From Mytilus trossulus (taxonomy: Eukaryota), in contig NW_026963312.1 of the NCBI RefSeq assembly GCF_036588685.1, positions 372,001 to 436,000 of the forward strand: a stretch of 64,000 nt of DNA. Reading direction: 5' to 3'. The notes below the pieces were generated by a model. That model did not search any database. It was not told the DNA's origin and was given only the letters and a program-made list of their open reading frames with translations. How positions within the stretch are numbered: the first letter of the stretch is position 1; every line of letters begins with the position of its first letter. The position numbers were made by a program, and so were the translations under genes. Of the stretch, positions 47,523 through 62,534 are shown piece by piece.

Positions 47523-50500
47523 CTACAAAATATACATATAATCTTTACTATCATGTAAATAAGGATCGAGGTACATATGATTGACATTGAGACAACTATC
47601 TAAGTCCAAATGAAACGGATGTAAGCAACTATAAAGGTCACTGTACGACCTTCAACTAGAAGCAGAAGTCATATTGTCCGTTATAAAACAAACGGTCGAC
47701 ATGACAAAGTATCGAACAATTGAAACGAGAAAAACAATGACCTGTTTTTTGAATACTGTAGACCATGTACTATTCTATTTGGATACTTTTCTGTGTAATA
47801 TAAAATATACAGCCACGTTGGGACTTTCCATTTCACTTTCAAGCCGTATGGTACATGTGGTATATGTTCTAACGTAACCAACAATGTATAGCTATTGTAA
47901 TTAAATCATAGCCGCAATTATATACGGTTTCAAAATGCAACAACATGTCACCAAAGGTGAACTGCACGTAATTCTTTGCAAGGAATCATGTAGTTGCACA
48001 ATGAAACATTTTAAAGTTAGGTACTGAAGCCGAAGACAAAAGTTGTCGGGTGTGATATAATAACTAAAACAAGGATGAAATGGTACTTATGTTGCTGCAT
48101 ATATAAGATAAATAAACTCATCATAGATACATAAATTGAAATTTCGTATCTGCACCAGACGCGCATTTCGTCTACTAAAGACCCAGCAGTAACGCTCGAA
48201 TAAGAATATGTTAAAAAGGCAAAATAAAAAAATGAAGTTGAAGTGCATTGAGGAAAAAAATGAAGTTGAAGTGCATTGAGGACCAAACATTCCTAAACTT
48301 CAAAGTTTGGTTTATAGTAAATTTCTAATTATGACCATATCAATGATAATTCATGTCAACAGTTAATATATATTTATGACCATATCAATGATAATTCATG
48401 CCAACACAGAAGGGCTGGTGATACACTTGGGGAATAACAAGTGCACAAAATTCAACCTGCAGTGGCATTAACCCAGTGAAGATGGGCTACTTTAAGAACT
48501 CATCAATAAACAGATAATATATATATATAAAAAAAAAATTGGACACCAATTTCAGTCTTTGAAGCATACCACTGATAAGAAATATTTAAGGGAAACATGT
48601 AAAAAGTCTATGCATAAACCATATATGTAGCTCTATATAGGGATTGCCCCTCCTTTTATCCACCTCATAACATACTAGTGTTAACTTAACATTAAGAAGT
48701 CTTTATCTTGGTCATGCTAGCCTTCTTTGTCACAAGACATTAAGCATTCTACATTATTCATTCCAGTGTCTCCTTTTATTTTTATTTTAAACTAATTATT
48801 TTACATCCCTTGTCCTAGCTAGTTGTTTCATCACTCTACTTTGGAATGTATGAGCATGAAGGCTAAACAGCATATGAGTGCCCGAATGGGGGTGGGATAT
48901 TCTAAAAGTCATTGAATGTAACTCACACATAAATATGTATACAGTTAACATTTCTAAGCAAGCTGAATATATAACTTCATTATGATTAATGCTTGTTAAT
49001 GTCCAGTAACAAATATTTCAAGCAAATTCAGGACGATACAAATCAACAATTCATACAATAGCTAGATGTTGGTCAACCTGGATAAAAGGCAAGATATTTT
49101 AATTGATACTATAAAAGAGGGACTAAAGATACCAAAGGGACATTCAAACTCGTAGATCGAAAATAAACTGACAACCCCATGCCTAAAAAGAAAAAGACTA
49201 ACAGACAAACAATAGTACACAAAACACAAAATTGAAAAAAATTAGGCTAAGCAACAGGAACCCAACCAAAAAGTGAGGGTGATCTCAGTTGCTTCTGAAG
49301 GGTAAGCAGATCCTGCTCCACATGTTGAAAATGAGTTTATGTTGGTTAACAGAATAAAAGAGAGGTGAAAGGTACTAAAGCCAGGATACATATTGTTGAA
49401 ACAGACTCACTACTGTTATCTTGAAGAGTTGTTGCAAGGGATACGCAAAGTTCTTAGCACTTACCCTGCATATTACTGAAATAACTTTAAATAGATATAG
49501 GAAGATGTGGTATGAGTGCCAATGAAACAACTCTGCATCCAAGTCACTATTCATAAAAGTAAACCATTATAGGTCAAGGCAGGGTCTTCAACACAAGGCC
49601 TAGGCTCACACCAAACAGCAAGCTATAAAGGACCCCAAAAATTTCTAGTGTAAAACCATTCAACCAACTGTCTAACTCTATATAAAAAATGAGAACCACT
49701 TTAACTGCATAAACAAACGACAACCACTGAACATCAGATTCCTGTCTTAGGACAGTTGCAAAAAATTGCAGTGGGATTAAACGTTTTAATGGTACAAAAC
49801 CTTCTCTCTTTTTCTGAAACAATACTATAACATCACAACATAGAAAGACAAAATAAAGTTTGTTTCATATAAATTATCAAAATTTTCACAAATATGAGAA
49901 AAAAAGGGGGATTTGCCTTTCCCCAGCTCCTACTGAGTACATATCTACAAATGTACCATGGTTTAAGGTTTTGCACTCACATGTTATTAAAACAATCAAC
50001 TATTATATTGCTTATTAATTTTATTTATACAAGCTGTAATGTTTAACAAGGCAGTATAAAGACAAACGTTGAATAAAAATAACTTATATTATAGTTTATT
50101 ATTAGTACAATATAATATAAAAATAATTGTTGACCTCCAATATCAAAACAGCCGAATAAAGTAAATATTCAAAAAAACAAGTATATAAAAAATTGAGCTT
50201 TAAAGATATCACTTTTACTGTAAAATACACAAGAGTAAAGGATCTAATGACAGTTTACAACTCATCTGTTTTAGATACCATAGATTTTTTTTAATTTTTG
50301 CCTGGCAAATTAGGTATTATTGAACCAAAAATTCAACTGTTTAATGAAGTACATATTGTTTTTATTAATATGACTTCTACTAACTAAATCTCTATTGAAA
50401 GAGACCTCTTATGTCAGTTCACCATTACCATATTACCTACATTTTTTCTAATGGTTTGCATGTAGATTTTGACAAAATCATGACATCTTATCCACAAAAA

Positions 50501-52596
50501 TACAATTTACGTATTCTAAGAAAAAATAATACACACTATAATAAATGTATGCATGCCCCTGAATCCACAACTGATAAATTTCATTTTGACACTTACCTTA
50601 AAGCAAACGGTTTTAACATTTAACCTAACACTTTTCTGATATGCATTATGAATTTATCCTAATTTCATGGTCTTTGAATTCCTAATTTGGCATATTTATT
50701 AAACAATTTTCTTCAAAATGAACATGTGTATGAACTTATGAAATAACTTTATGCTAATGTGACCATAAATTCCCTTAAATCAAAACTTTTATTTGATTTA
50801 GGACAGACATACACACAGATTTTTATTCTTGTTATTCAAAGGCAAGGTAGGTTCATTGAAGATTAAAAGGGTAATTAACAAGGGTTTTATGGAAATACAT
50901 GTCCCCCATATTACATAAAAGTCTTTGTAAAGGTCTATCAATCATTGTTCTTATAATCAGCATGGAAAGTTTATTTGTATGCCTATAGTGAATAGATTCG
51001 TTTTAAAAACGAGGTACATAGCTAAGGATGTTTGCTACTCTGTTTTAAAATAACAAGCTTTTTAAAAGACTGTTATAAATTGATGGAATATAAATAACAG
51101 AACTTGAAAAGAAGATAAAAATGACAGGTCTGTGTCCTATATTTTTGAAAAGTTATCAACTGTAAATTTGATGGGAAATAATTCTCTGTAGATTTTTCGT
51201 ACATATAATATTGGCATGTTTTTTTTCAAAACTGATAAAAAAATAACCAGGGTTTTATAAGATTTTTGAATATGTTTTTTTAAACTATAAGCAATCAAAT
51301 TAGCAATATTTTCATCAGTACTAAAATGACTAACCGGAAAAAACCTAGAGGATTCTGAAATATCTGACAAAAGTCAAAACATGAGTAGCGAACGTCCTAA
51401 ACTTCTGCATATATATCGTACAAACAGGGAGATACAACCTTAATTCTTTCAAATTCAAATCACACATCACTTTCAATTTTAAGGTCCTTCACCACTAATA
51501 ATCAATATTTTGCTTTTTGGGTTTTACACAGTTATACTGTTCATTTAAAGGAAATAAAAAATATAAACTATAAATCATTATCAAAACTTTGGACAGTAAA
51601 TATTTTCAAGTTGCTAACATCAAAACTTAATATTTCAATAAAAATTGTCATGCTATAAAAAGTTTTTGGTTTTATTCAGTTTTACAATATACTGTTTATT
51701 TAAAGGAACTTATGAATATAAATTATAAATCATTATCAAAACTCTGGAATGTTAATATTTTCAAGTTGCTAACATCAAAACTTAATATTTCAATAAAAAA
51801 TGTCATGAAATAAATGTATATAGATATAGGAAGATGTGGTGTGAGTGCCAATGAGACAACTCTCCATCCAAATAACAATTTAAAAAGTAAACCATTATAG
51901 GTTAAAGTACAGCCTTCAACACGGAGCCTTGGCTCACACCAAAAACAACAATTATAAAGGGCCCCAAAATTACTAGTGTAAAACCATTCAAACGGGAAAA
52001 CCAACGGTGTAATCTATATAAATGCATATCAAAGGCCCCAATATATGTCATTAGAACAATATTTTTCATTTCTCATAGCCAAACTATTGTTGGTCATGAC
52101 AAATAAAGAGTAGAAGATGATATTTCACAAAAATGTCATGAATTAAATGTAGGCATATCAAATGCCCCCAAATATATGTATTAGAACAATATTTGTTTGT
52201 CATGGCCAAACTTTCATCGGTCATAACAAATTTGCTGTAGAAGAGGATTTCACCATATATTACACTTTGTATAAAAATTCCATATGAATATTTTCTAATG
52301 TGATTAAAGATCAGCATAAATAGATTTATTCTCAGCTGGGGTTCTCACTTACTAATAGAGGACATTCTTAAGCTCCTCAAATATTCACTGATTTCCTCAC
52401 TTTATCAGATAATAAATTACCAATTGTATTTTTAAACACACTGTAAGTTTTATGATGTCAGCCCAGCTAACTTTTTATAAAAAAAACTACATAAAAATTC
52501 TGAATGCATGTTTCACATGACAGTTTGCACACTAGAAAACCTGGTTGCATATTGCATTCAAAATATTCCTTTAAAATTGGAAAAACAAGAGGGAAT

Positions 52597-55500
52597 CTAA
52601 TCTGATTTGCTGTGTGGGTCATATTGAGGCTTAATTCCCTGTTCTGCAAAGGTCTTTAAAAATCTTTGAAATTTTCTTGGGAATAATCTGAAAAGAAATA
52701 AATAATTTAAAATAAGTTCATAAATTAACATATGCTAAATAGATGACAGATTGCAAATATTTCATGACTAAATTCAGAAGGGTTACAAATTATCACATTT
52801 TTTCAAGTTAATGGACAAAAATGTGATTTTCTTGGAGACAAGTTTTTAGAACTTTTTCAAAACCATGTAAACAATTACTGCAAGTGGATTAATTCATTTT
52901 CGTGGATTGAGGAAAATTTCATTTTTTAGGATATAAAATTTACTTGATTTTGTTGATTAATGTTTTTATTGATTTGTTTCTAGTTGAACATCTTTATTCC
53001 TTTACATTTACCCCGATATAAAAAAATGAAATCCCACTATTAGAGTTGAAGTTTACAGTACCCTTAAACACTTTCTCTACAGATAAGAACATTGACACCT
53101 TTGAAAAAGTAGAGGCTGTCAAGAGCCTGTATCTCTCACCTGACTCTACTTGGGTTTTCTAAATCATATAAAAAAAGATAAAATTTGGCTACAAAGTAAC
53201 TTCACCATATCATAAGAAACATTTATGCTATGTTTTATTTCATTCCATTCAGTGGTTCTCTAAAAGAAGACTTTTGTATGCATTTCCCAAAGGTTCCTAT
53301 GTTAAACTAAGTCCCCCGCTGGAAGCCACCTTGGATGATGGATCGGCTACAAAGTAACAACACTTGGTCAGCATCTCATAAGAACATTAATGTAGTGTTT
53401 GGTTTCATTCCATTCAGTGGTTCTCTAAAAGAAAACATTTGTATGTATTTCCCATAGGATCCGATGTTAAACTAAGTCCCCCGCTGGCAGCCATCTTCGA
53501 TGATGGATCAGCTACAAAGTAACAACACTTGGTCAGCACCTCATAAGAAATATTAATGCCATGTTTGGTGTATTCCATTCAGTGGTTCACTAAAAAAAGA
53601 CTTTTGTATGCATTTCCCATAGGGTCCTGTGTAAAACTAAGTTCCCCGCTGGCGGCCATTTTGGATAATGGATCGGCTACAAAGTAACAACACTTGGTCA
53701 GCACCTCAAAAGGAACAGTCAAGCCATTTTTGGTTTCATTCCATTCAGTTCTTCTCTAGAAAAAGTTTAAAATGCAAAATGTGAACAACAACGACCAGGG
53801 CCAGGTGAGCAAAAAATGAATTCAAAGTAAGTTTAAGACCATACCATGACCTATAGCTGTTAATTTCTGAGTCATAGGGTCTCTGGTGGAGAATTGTCTG
53901 ATTGGCAACTACTGTAAACCAACTTATTTTCGCGAGCGATTTATTTTTCGCTACTTTCGCGAGTAGAAAATTAATGCGAATATCAATCTTCGCAAATATG
54001 TAAAACTTAGTTCTTTCCTTATTAAACTATATCCAGAAATTAGAAAAAATTTTCAAAGTGGTAAACGCAAAATATAGTATCCGCGAAAATAAATTGGTTT
54101 ACAGTATACCACATCTTCTTATTTTTATATCAAACCCTGTATTTCTATAACTTACCCTGCCACTCTTAGTGATATGTTTAAAGATCTTGGAATGTAAACA
54201 AATTCCTGGTCATACATAATCCCTTTTACTGTTTCTAAGGCAACTTCTTTTGGTTCTAAAATTGGATAAACCCTGAAGAAATACAAGAAAGGCATCCAAA
54301 CTAATCTTAATGTCAAAGGAAATCATTAGTATAATTTCGTTAAAGGATATTCTATGTAAACAAATGTGAATTATATGAATTACAATTATTATGATGTTAA
54401 ATAATAATAGGGTCATAGATTAGGTTTTTACAGTTAATATAATTTAAGGTTGTGTTCAAGTATTACCACAAAAAATCGAAGTAAGCAGAACTGTGCTGTT
54501 GGTCATAAAGGTATACTTTTGACATTTTTCAGTGTTTTTGGTATTACATTTTTATCAATTTAAAGGAAATATCTGAGTACCACCTATGCATTACGTTATC
54601 TCCCTTGAAAGTGTGTTATCTCCCTTTACAATGCAGTGACTTACTTGTCTTTTGGTTCTTTAACTAGACCAGTAGCAACAAACATAGGATTGACAGTTGT
54701 GGTTTTTACTCCATCTTTTCCAAGTTTTAGTATTTCTTCTTGCAAAGCTTCTGTAAATCCATACGCTGCATATTTTGAAGCACTATTGAAAAATCAAAAA
54801 AAACATTTAAAATTTTATTTAACTGAAATTAGTAAACTTTATTCTATTTCTATTTCCTATATCACACTTGTATTTAGTCCAAATAATTATGACGTCTGGC
54901 AAGGTTACTTTAAGTTTCTTTTGGGATGAAGGCGTCCCACAAAAAATTGAAAATACCTGGAAGACCTGACCAAATCACTGCCCAGTGTCACTAAGAGGAA
55001 GATTTATAACCCCAACATATTGCAGTACTGATGGTTGGACCTAACTTCATCTCTATAAATTCAGAAATAAATCTAAGGCTTTTATCAATGCAACTCAATG
55101 AGTATTGTAATATTAAGAAATTGCATTCTGGTATATGATTCATAAAAAACTATGAAACTTTTCCCGAAGAAACATTCTTGCCACAATCATCCCTTCCCAT
55201 TATACTATTACTCTGAGCCTTTTTTTTTAATTTTTAATCATTAACTAATATCTAACCTTAAATTTAATTCAGCTTTTAATCTTCTTTTGAGTCTGTATGG
55301 AATCTTTTAAAATTTCCGTTGACAAAAAAAATCGCATAAATAAAGATAAATGCCATTTGTGGTCAATCTATTTAGGCTTTTCCATAAATTTATGCAACAC
55401 GACTGCAAACAACTTTAAATGGAGCAGGAACATATATATTGACATACTGTTCCCAGAATGGAGGATGAACACTAGTCTATTAAGGATGTACTTAGGTGAT

Positions 55501-58500
55501 CTAAGGTAAAATCAAATAAATCAAGAATTCAAATTAGATACTTTAAAGGGGCACTAGCTGTCAAATTCATGGTCACCAATTTGACTCAAATTCTCATATT
55601 TGATTAATAACAATGTAAAACATTTATCCAATCTATCAAACGTTTAAAATAAACAGTTTACAGAGCATGGGGTAGATGATATGTAGGTTCGTTTCGTGTG
55701 TATTTAAATCCAGACGCCATCTAATTAACTATCGATTTGACCTCAGATGACCATATAAGCGATGTAAACACAAATAAAGATATGAATAGGTTAAACCAGC
55801 ACGTGCAATTGGATTTTTATAGGTCTGTTTGATATGAATTTATAGATTAAAAATATAAGTTACTCATTGTTTTTAACCGTATAAGAAATAATTTATGTGG
55901 ATCGAATTAGTAATCAAATGATTTACCGTAGTTTCACTTTCATTGTTGACATTTTTTTTCTTTAAATAACCAGTTCACGTACAATGCATGCGTTGTCAGT
56001 CTCTAGCTAGGGGGTTAAGTTAAGTTCACATGAATACCGGTTAGAATGATGATGACGTTTTCACTTGCAAGTGAATCAGTCAAAAATTATGTATAATCGC
56101 TTATTTCAACAAAATTAAAGCAAATTGATTGCTAAAAGCAAATTGTTATTTCATTATTCCAATTTAATTAATGATTAATCTAAAAAAATATATACTTATT
56201 TTTTTTATATATATCGTAGCTAGTGCTCCTTTAAGATGGAAGAGTATCAGTTAAGGATCAAAATAAGCTAAATATATTGATAGGTCATGGATCGAGCTCC
56301 CTTTTTAAGATATTTGATTTTATGAAATTTTATGAAATATGGCGGGAAAAGGCTGACTCAGACTTTTACCTTAAATTTGCATTGGTATTGTTTTGGTCTC
56401 AAATCAAAAGAAAGAAAATTAAGAATCCGCTTAATTTTTGTCAAATGAACTTATATGAGTTATTAAGTCTTATGTTAAAAGATAAATAGGTGTTATCAGG
56501 CAAAATATTTTACCATGTATCGTATGCAAAAAAAACCACCAAGTAGTCCAAATATTTGACACTTATTCCAAAACCTCACCTAAGTACATTCTTTATTCTA
56601 GAGGTATAAGCTGTACAAGTATATGCTTTTATTTTTAAAAACAGTGGGATTCATACATAAATATACATAGGATGAAACATTACACCATGCTTGAAAATAC
56701 CATTGAAAGTCCAATATCATTTGACATTATTTAAAAACACATTTTTTTGTCAACAATTTTGATAAAAATGTGAGATGTTATTTTTGTCATACATGTATAT
56801 GTAAAATTAGCAAATCTCAATTAATTATTGACAATAAAAACTCTTCCATTTTAACATTTAGAGAATGAATAGCAAAAGTATTATTACATGTACTTAATAG
56901 TAGTTAGATAATTGAATTTCAGTGGTAATTTTAAACTTTATGTAACATGCCATATAACAAACAAATGACTTCACATGCTTTGACTTTTATTAACAAATAT
57001 GCAAGTCCCACACATGCACATGAAACATCAACAGCCGGGGGGAGCCCTTTCTAAAATTAATCACAAAATGGTTTTAAATTGTAATTTCTGTTGGTGTTTA
57101 TTTGAGCAAAATCTTAACATCTAAAGCCATTTGAAATCGATTTATCAAAAAGATAGAGGTATAATTGTAAGTGGTCTTTGCTAGACCACAGAAATCAAAG
57201 GCTAGGATAATTCATATTTCAAAGAAATAGGCTTAGACAGACATTCCATAATTTTGAGGTATAAATATTTAGGCCCAGTTATATATAATTAAGAGCTAAT
57301 TTTATATCATGATATTCATACGTTTTTCTTGCAATTTGATAAACAGAAAGACCAATAGGTCATGTTTGATAAACATTTAGGCCAATAGGGCACACTGACT
57401 ATAATGCTATTATCAAAGCTCAAGTAGACTTAACCCATGTATGTATCTGATTAAACCAAATAGCTTACTGTGGATTCATTTATTTTCGTGGGTACCAATT
57501 TTCGTGGATTAAGAAAATCTTGCATTTTCGTGGATATTTAATTTCATGATTTTGCAGAGTCTGTATATATAAACCTATATTTAATTTCGTGGTTCTGTTG
57601 TACCCTTGAAATCCACGAAAATTGGTATCCAAGGAATAATAATGAATCCACAGTAATAATAGAACAAATCAGCAAAACATACTACATTTGTATAAGAATG
57701 TGAAATCTGAAATGAGATTATCCCTTTATTGAAATTATTTAATGAGGATGTGGTTAGACTCATTTATAAAACATCAACCCAGAAAAAAGCTAACAACAAC
57801 AAATTTCATAATTCTATTTTTTTTTTACCTGTAATCTACTAAATATGCAGTCCCAGATTTAGCAGACATGGAAGCTATGGTAACAATATGTCCACTGTTC
57901 TTCTCCAACATGGCAGGCATGAATTCTTTTACTGTCTAAAAATATATAGTAAAGACAAATTTAAGAATCAAACAGTTGGGAAAATGTCATACCTTATTGA
58001 AAGTTCAAGAAAATACTAAAACTACTTTAATCTAAGGGTAGCTTGGTATTACAAAGCTGCATCTGTGAATTGAAGAGCATTACAGATCAGACTTAAACAT
58101 TGTTAAACAATCAAAGAAATAAAACAAAGACTGTCATCATTTATCTAGCAATTCAATTATAAAATTAAAGACGTAAGAAAATCAAATAGTTAGGCAATTG
58201 TAGAACACATCAATTTCAAATATGAAATATAATAACACTACTTTAGAAATTACTTATTTACCCAGAAATGTGCTAATGTATTGACTTCAAAAGTTCTCCT
58301 TATGTGAGCCTCTTTAAGTTTTAAGAGTTCTCCACCATATAAAATCCCAGCATTATTCACCAGTATATCCACATCTCCTACTTCTCTTCTCATTTGTTCA
58401 GCTGTTTTGTGGATGTCGTCAGTTTTCGTTACATCAACAACAAATGCTGTAGCGGATTCTCCCATACTTCTGATCTCTGTAGCTGTCTCTTCATTGTTAG

Positions 58501-60768
58501 CCTGTAAACACAAATTATGTTCTTGTAGAGCAAAACCTGTTTTAAGGTGGTACCTAAAACTACAGGGAGATAACTCTGTAAAATCAGCTTCATGTTTTAA
58601 TTACATTGTGTTGTAAAGGGAATATCAAGCTTCTCAATTATCAAAATTGGTGTTTGTCAAACTGCTATCTAACCAGTGTATTTTTTCTGAAAAAAGTGGT
58701 TGGTTCAAAATTTTTGAAATTTTTATATTTTTGTCAAACATGTCAAAGGGTTAAAGTAAATACATTGTCAAAATTTAATGAAAATTAAAGGAGCCAAATT
58801 AATTTTAGTGAAAGTGTTGGGTACCACCTTAATCAAACAATGCATGAATTTGAAACCTGTTAAAACAGAATTTTGTATCAGGATTCTGTAGATTCAGCAC
58901 CTGTTGCTTTATACCACATTTGTTTTTCTGTCATTTTTTTTACACATACATTTGGCTGTTAGTTATCCTTATTCATGGTGTTTGGATTGTATTACATCTG
59001 TCATTAAAAGGCCTTTTATATAATTATAGCTGACTATGTGGTATGTGATTTGCTAATTGTTGAAGGCCATATATGGTGACCTCTATTTGTTAATTTCTGT
59101 GTAATTTGTTCCATTGTGGAGAGGTGTCTCATTGGCTCATACCACATCATATTCTTCCTTTCTTTATCTACAAATGTTGTAAGAAAGTGCTTGAATGAAT
59201 TAACCATTAGAGAAGAGAATTTTGAGCTAGGCTGACAACCTTGTCATCCTCCTTTAAGATTTTTTTGTTTTTTGATTTTTATTTTAAATATTCTAACTTG
59301 ATCTATATTTTGTCATGGTGTAAACTACATAAAATAACAAACAAACCTACCGTTAAATTCTTCAAACAATTTACTAAAGAAAAGGAAAATAAATCAAAAA
59401 TGTCATTTATCTTAATACAAAGTCTTTTACAATTCTTTTAAAAATGAATTATTTCCCTTTGAACAGAAATACAGAAATCTAGTAATTAATAAGCATTTCA
59501 TCAAAAGATTTATTCTAAGATAAATAAAAAATNNNNNNNNNNNNNNNNNNNNNNNNNNNNNNNNNNNNNNNNNNNNNNNNNNNNNNNNNNNNNNNNNNNN
59601 NNNNNNNNNNNNNNNNNNNNNNNNNNNNNNNNNNNNNNNNNNNNNNNNNNNNNNNNNNNNNNNNNNNNNNNNNNNNNNNNNNNNNNNNNNNNNNNNNNNN
59701 NNNNNNNNNNNNNNNNNNNNNNNNNNNNNNNNNNNNNNNNNNNNNNNNNNNNNNNNNNNNNNNNNNNNNNNAATCTATCAATACCTTTAAAATAGATAAG
59801 ATAACACCTGAAAATTGTGAAATACACTAGATAACATTTGTTAAATTGATAGTCTGATAGCAAAAGGTCAGGAAATGAGATCAGTGCTGTATGATTTTTT
59901 CTCTAAATTTAAACAACAACAAAGATAAACATGATAAAGGTTTGACCCTTCAAAGTCAACCAGGATATAAATGAAAAATAAAAATAATGTGTTTTTCTTG
60001 AATGATCATAGCTAGGTAACATGACAAACATATATGTCATGTATGTACAGAAATATATTAAAAGGTATTTTATTGGTTTAAAATTTTCAATTAAAGGATT
60101 GTTACCGTTAAAAATGTTTATACACACCAACTGTGCATTACGGGCTGTAGTATAGCCAGTCAATGCTGTTAAACACTTCCATTTGTAAATGTATATACAT
60201 GTATACACTAAACAAGATTCTATTACACTGTACTGTGGACAATAAGGGTCAGAGTACTTATTTACAAATGCAAATTTACAACGAGATTGTTCTCTTTGAT
60301 ACATTCCCATTTTCCATTCTCAATTTTATTATATAGGTAAAACAAAATGAAAGTAAGATAAAGTCGTCTGGACTGGTCTAGTACGCAAATAAGTCATAGG
60401 TCAACATCACAGTGGTCATGGTGGTCAACATTTGCACCACAGAATCGAACACCAGATACTTAAAATAGATTTATCCACTTAACGTGTCAGCGTGTGCACG
60501 GAATTGCATATAAAACATTAACCTTTTTTAAACTAATGATTACCTTGTTTACGTCCCACAAAACTAATTTAGCTCCTTTTCGTGCAAGCTCTAAGGCGAT
60601 TTCCTTGCCAATTCCATGCCCCGCCCCCGTAACCAGTACAATTTTCCCGGCAATACTCTTGGGTTTGGCAGGAATAAATGCTGATATAAGAGCGTCAATA
60701 TAATAATAAAATAGTCTTGGGAAGAAAATGCAGACGAAAAATATTAGTTTTTCAACAACTGTTGCCAT
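52597..60768 (-). CDS. SDR16C-family dehydrogenase, copy 2; exons 60544-60768, 58262-58501, 57829-57935, 54645-54782, 54156-54272, 52597-52687; 305 aa
   Basis: [11 protein letters not shown]...TGAGHGIG...LVNNAGI...[12 protein letters not shown]...[15 protein letters not shown]. Exons sum to 918 nt, GT-AG, same structure as copy 1. Confidence 0.93.
53110..53815 (+). mobile_element. HINE-type element with ~165-bp tandem repeats
   Basis: CTCACCTG...CAGGTGAGC subterminal inverted repeat; units containing GGATCGGCTACAAAGTAACAACACTTGG at about 53340, 53505, 53670. Confidence 0.75.
55547..56230. mobile_element. TTAA-target MITE (Kolobok-like)
   Basis: AGGGGCACTAGCT / AGCTAGTGCTCCT flanked by TTAA on both sides. 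Confidence 0.8.
58546..58828. mobile_element. TTAA-target MITE (Kolobok-like) just upstream of the SDR copy 2 exon 2 acceptor
   Basis: GGTGGTACC / GGTACCACC flanked by TTAA. Confidence 0.8.
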
Positions 60769-61089
60769 TTCGTCTGTTAGCCTGTTAACGACATGAAATG
60801 GAAAACTCAAGAATGTTTCGAACTTAACAAAAATGAGAATGAATAAAGGAATGATAAATATGATTAACCAGGATTTCCGCACTCATTAACCCTTTTAAAA
60901 CAGTCTTTTGAACTGAGGACATTTACTTTTATTGTGTACATCAATGATCTTGTTCTTTTTTTTTCGTTTATTTTGTGTTACATACTATAAATATGTTGTT
61001 TTATGGCAATAAAGATTTGAATTGAATTGAATTGAATTCAAATCACTCGAGGGGCACCATGTATATACATGTATATACAGGATACATAA

Positions 61090-61500
61090 ATATAAGATAA
61101 GATAATTTATTTCCAATTAAAAAACCACAAGGGACATATAGAGAATACAAGTATAAGGGGAAAGGACATCGATTCGCATAGATACATATACGATATATAG
61201 AATTTAAATTACATACACAATTAGACTGTAAATAATAAAACCCTTGGTTTGAAATATATGGACTTCATCTTCAACACAACCATAGGAGCATTTTTTGCAA
61301 ATTCGTTCATTTCGTGGAGTATTAGAAAAACGATCAAATTCTATCTGCAGCTTATGAGCAGATATACGTAATTTACAAATAGCACTTAATTCTAAAATCA
61401 AAGTTCTTAATTAACCAAAGAGAGATAATTGTCATAACCAAAATTTTGTTTTACTTTTAAATGATTGAACAATTTTTCATTAGAAGCATTTGTTGGGCAA
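61090..61500 (-). mobile_element. LINE (CR1/L2-group) 3' fragment
   Basis: LRISAHKLQIE..R..ICKKC..GCVEDEVH is the C-terminal CCHC-type region typical of these RT ORFs; followed by AATAAA and a (TATCT)n tail. Confidence 0.7.
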
Positions 61501-62154
61501 GTTAATACACACCAACACGACGGATTAAGCAATTAAAAAAAGGGGGTCCCAACCCAGGGTAAAATGGGGGTGGGGTCCAACTACATGTCTGTCCCATTAC
61601 AAATACATTGATTGTCCAAACAAATGGGGGGGGGGGGGGGCTCCAAACCCGTACCCCTTTTGGATCCGCCACTGTACCAATTGTCAATATATTTAGTGTG
61701 AATTAATTTGATAGATTTATTCAAAAATTTATAGTTTCCATAATGTTTTATTTCTTGTTTAATCTAAAAACAAATATAAACTTTATGATAGGCCTATAAT
61801 AAACTCAATTTCTCATATTTTGTTGCATGAATGATTTTGCCAAAACTGTAGCTCGAAAATTGTAAGATGACCTATACAAGAGGATCTGATCGGGGCCCTT
61901 CATTTAGAGCCTTACTGGCGAGACATTTCTGCCACACTACCAATTCGTTCATAGACCGTCGTTTTGGCTACACTACGAATCCGTCCACAAGTCGTTTTGG
62001 GCCGCTTCCAATACAGCCACAGCTGTTTCAGTCATTTATAATAATTATTAATTCTTAATCAATTATATTCCTCCCTTTATCATGTTTATGAACAATAAAA
62101 AAAAACCACTTTACAAAGTATGCATGGCAAAACTGGCAGTTAGATCGAAACTTC

Positions 62155-62335
62155 AGTGGCCGAAACGTCTGTGGCCGAAACGTCTGTGGCCGAAACATCT
62201 GTGACCGTCTGTGGCCGTGTGGTCGTGAATGACGTTACGTCTGTGGCCGTGCACGACTTTACGTCTGTGGCCGTGTGGTCGTGAACGACGTTACGTCTGT
62301 GGCCGTGTGGTCGTGAACGTCTGTGACCGAAACGC
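62155..62335 (+). repeat. Tandem ACGTCTGTGGCCG-containing repeats, probably transposon subterminal repeats
   Basis: 15-bp then ~32-bp units; inverted counterparts GTCGTTTTGG at about 61957 and 61991. Confidence 0.7.
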
Positions 62336-62410
62336 CGGATAATGTTACCGGAACGTCCCGCAACGATTTCTATATTCTTTTATACTGTTCTCTATTCTTT
62401 ACGTGTTTTT

Positions 62411-62534
62411 CACAGGCACTTGTCTCAGAAAAAAAAATATTACCTATATACCTTAAGAAAAAAAAAATACCTATATACCTTAATATAACATTAAGGTATA
62501 TAGGTAATTTTTTTTTCTGAGACAAGTGCCTGTG
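62411..62534. mobile_element. 124-bp palindromic MITE sharing termini with the 10921-11636 foldback
   Basis: CACAGGCACTTGTCTCAGAAAA...TTTTCTGAGACAAGTGCCTGTG; no clean TSD. Confidence 0.7.

Noticed and set aside
60769-60882. Signal-peptide-like N-terminal extension in ORF 60487-60882
   Set aside because: Non-ATG start, and homology with copy 1 begins at the ATG at 60768; the upstream part looks like intron/UTR.
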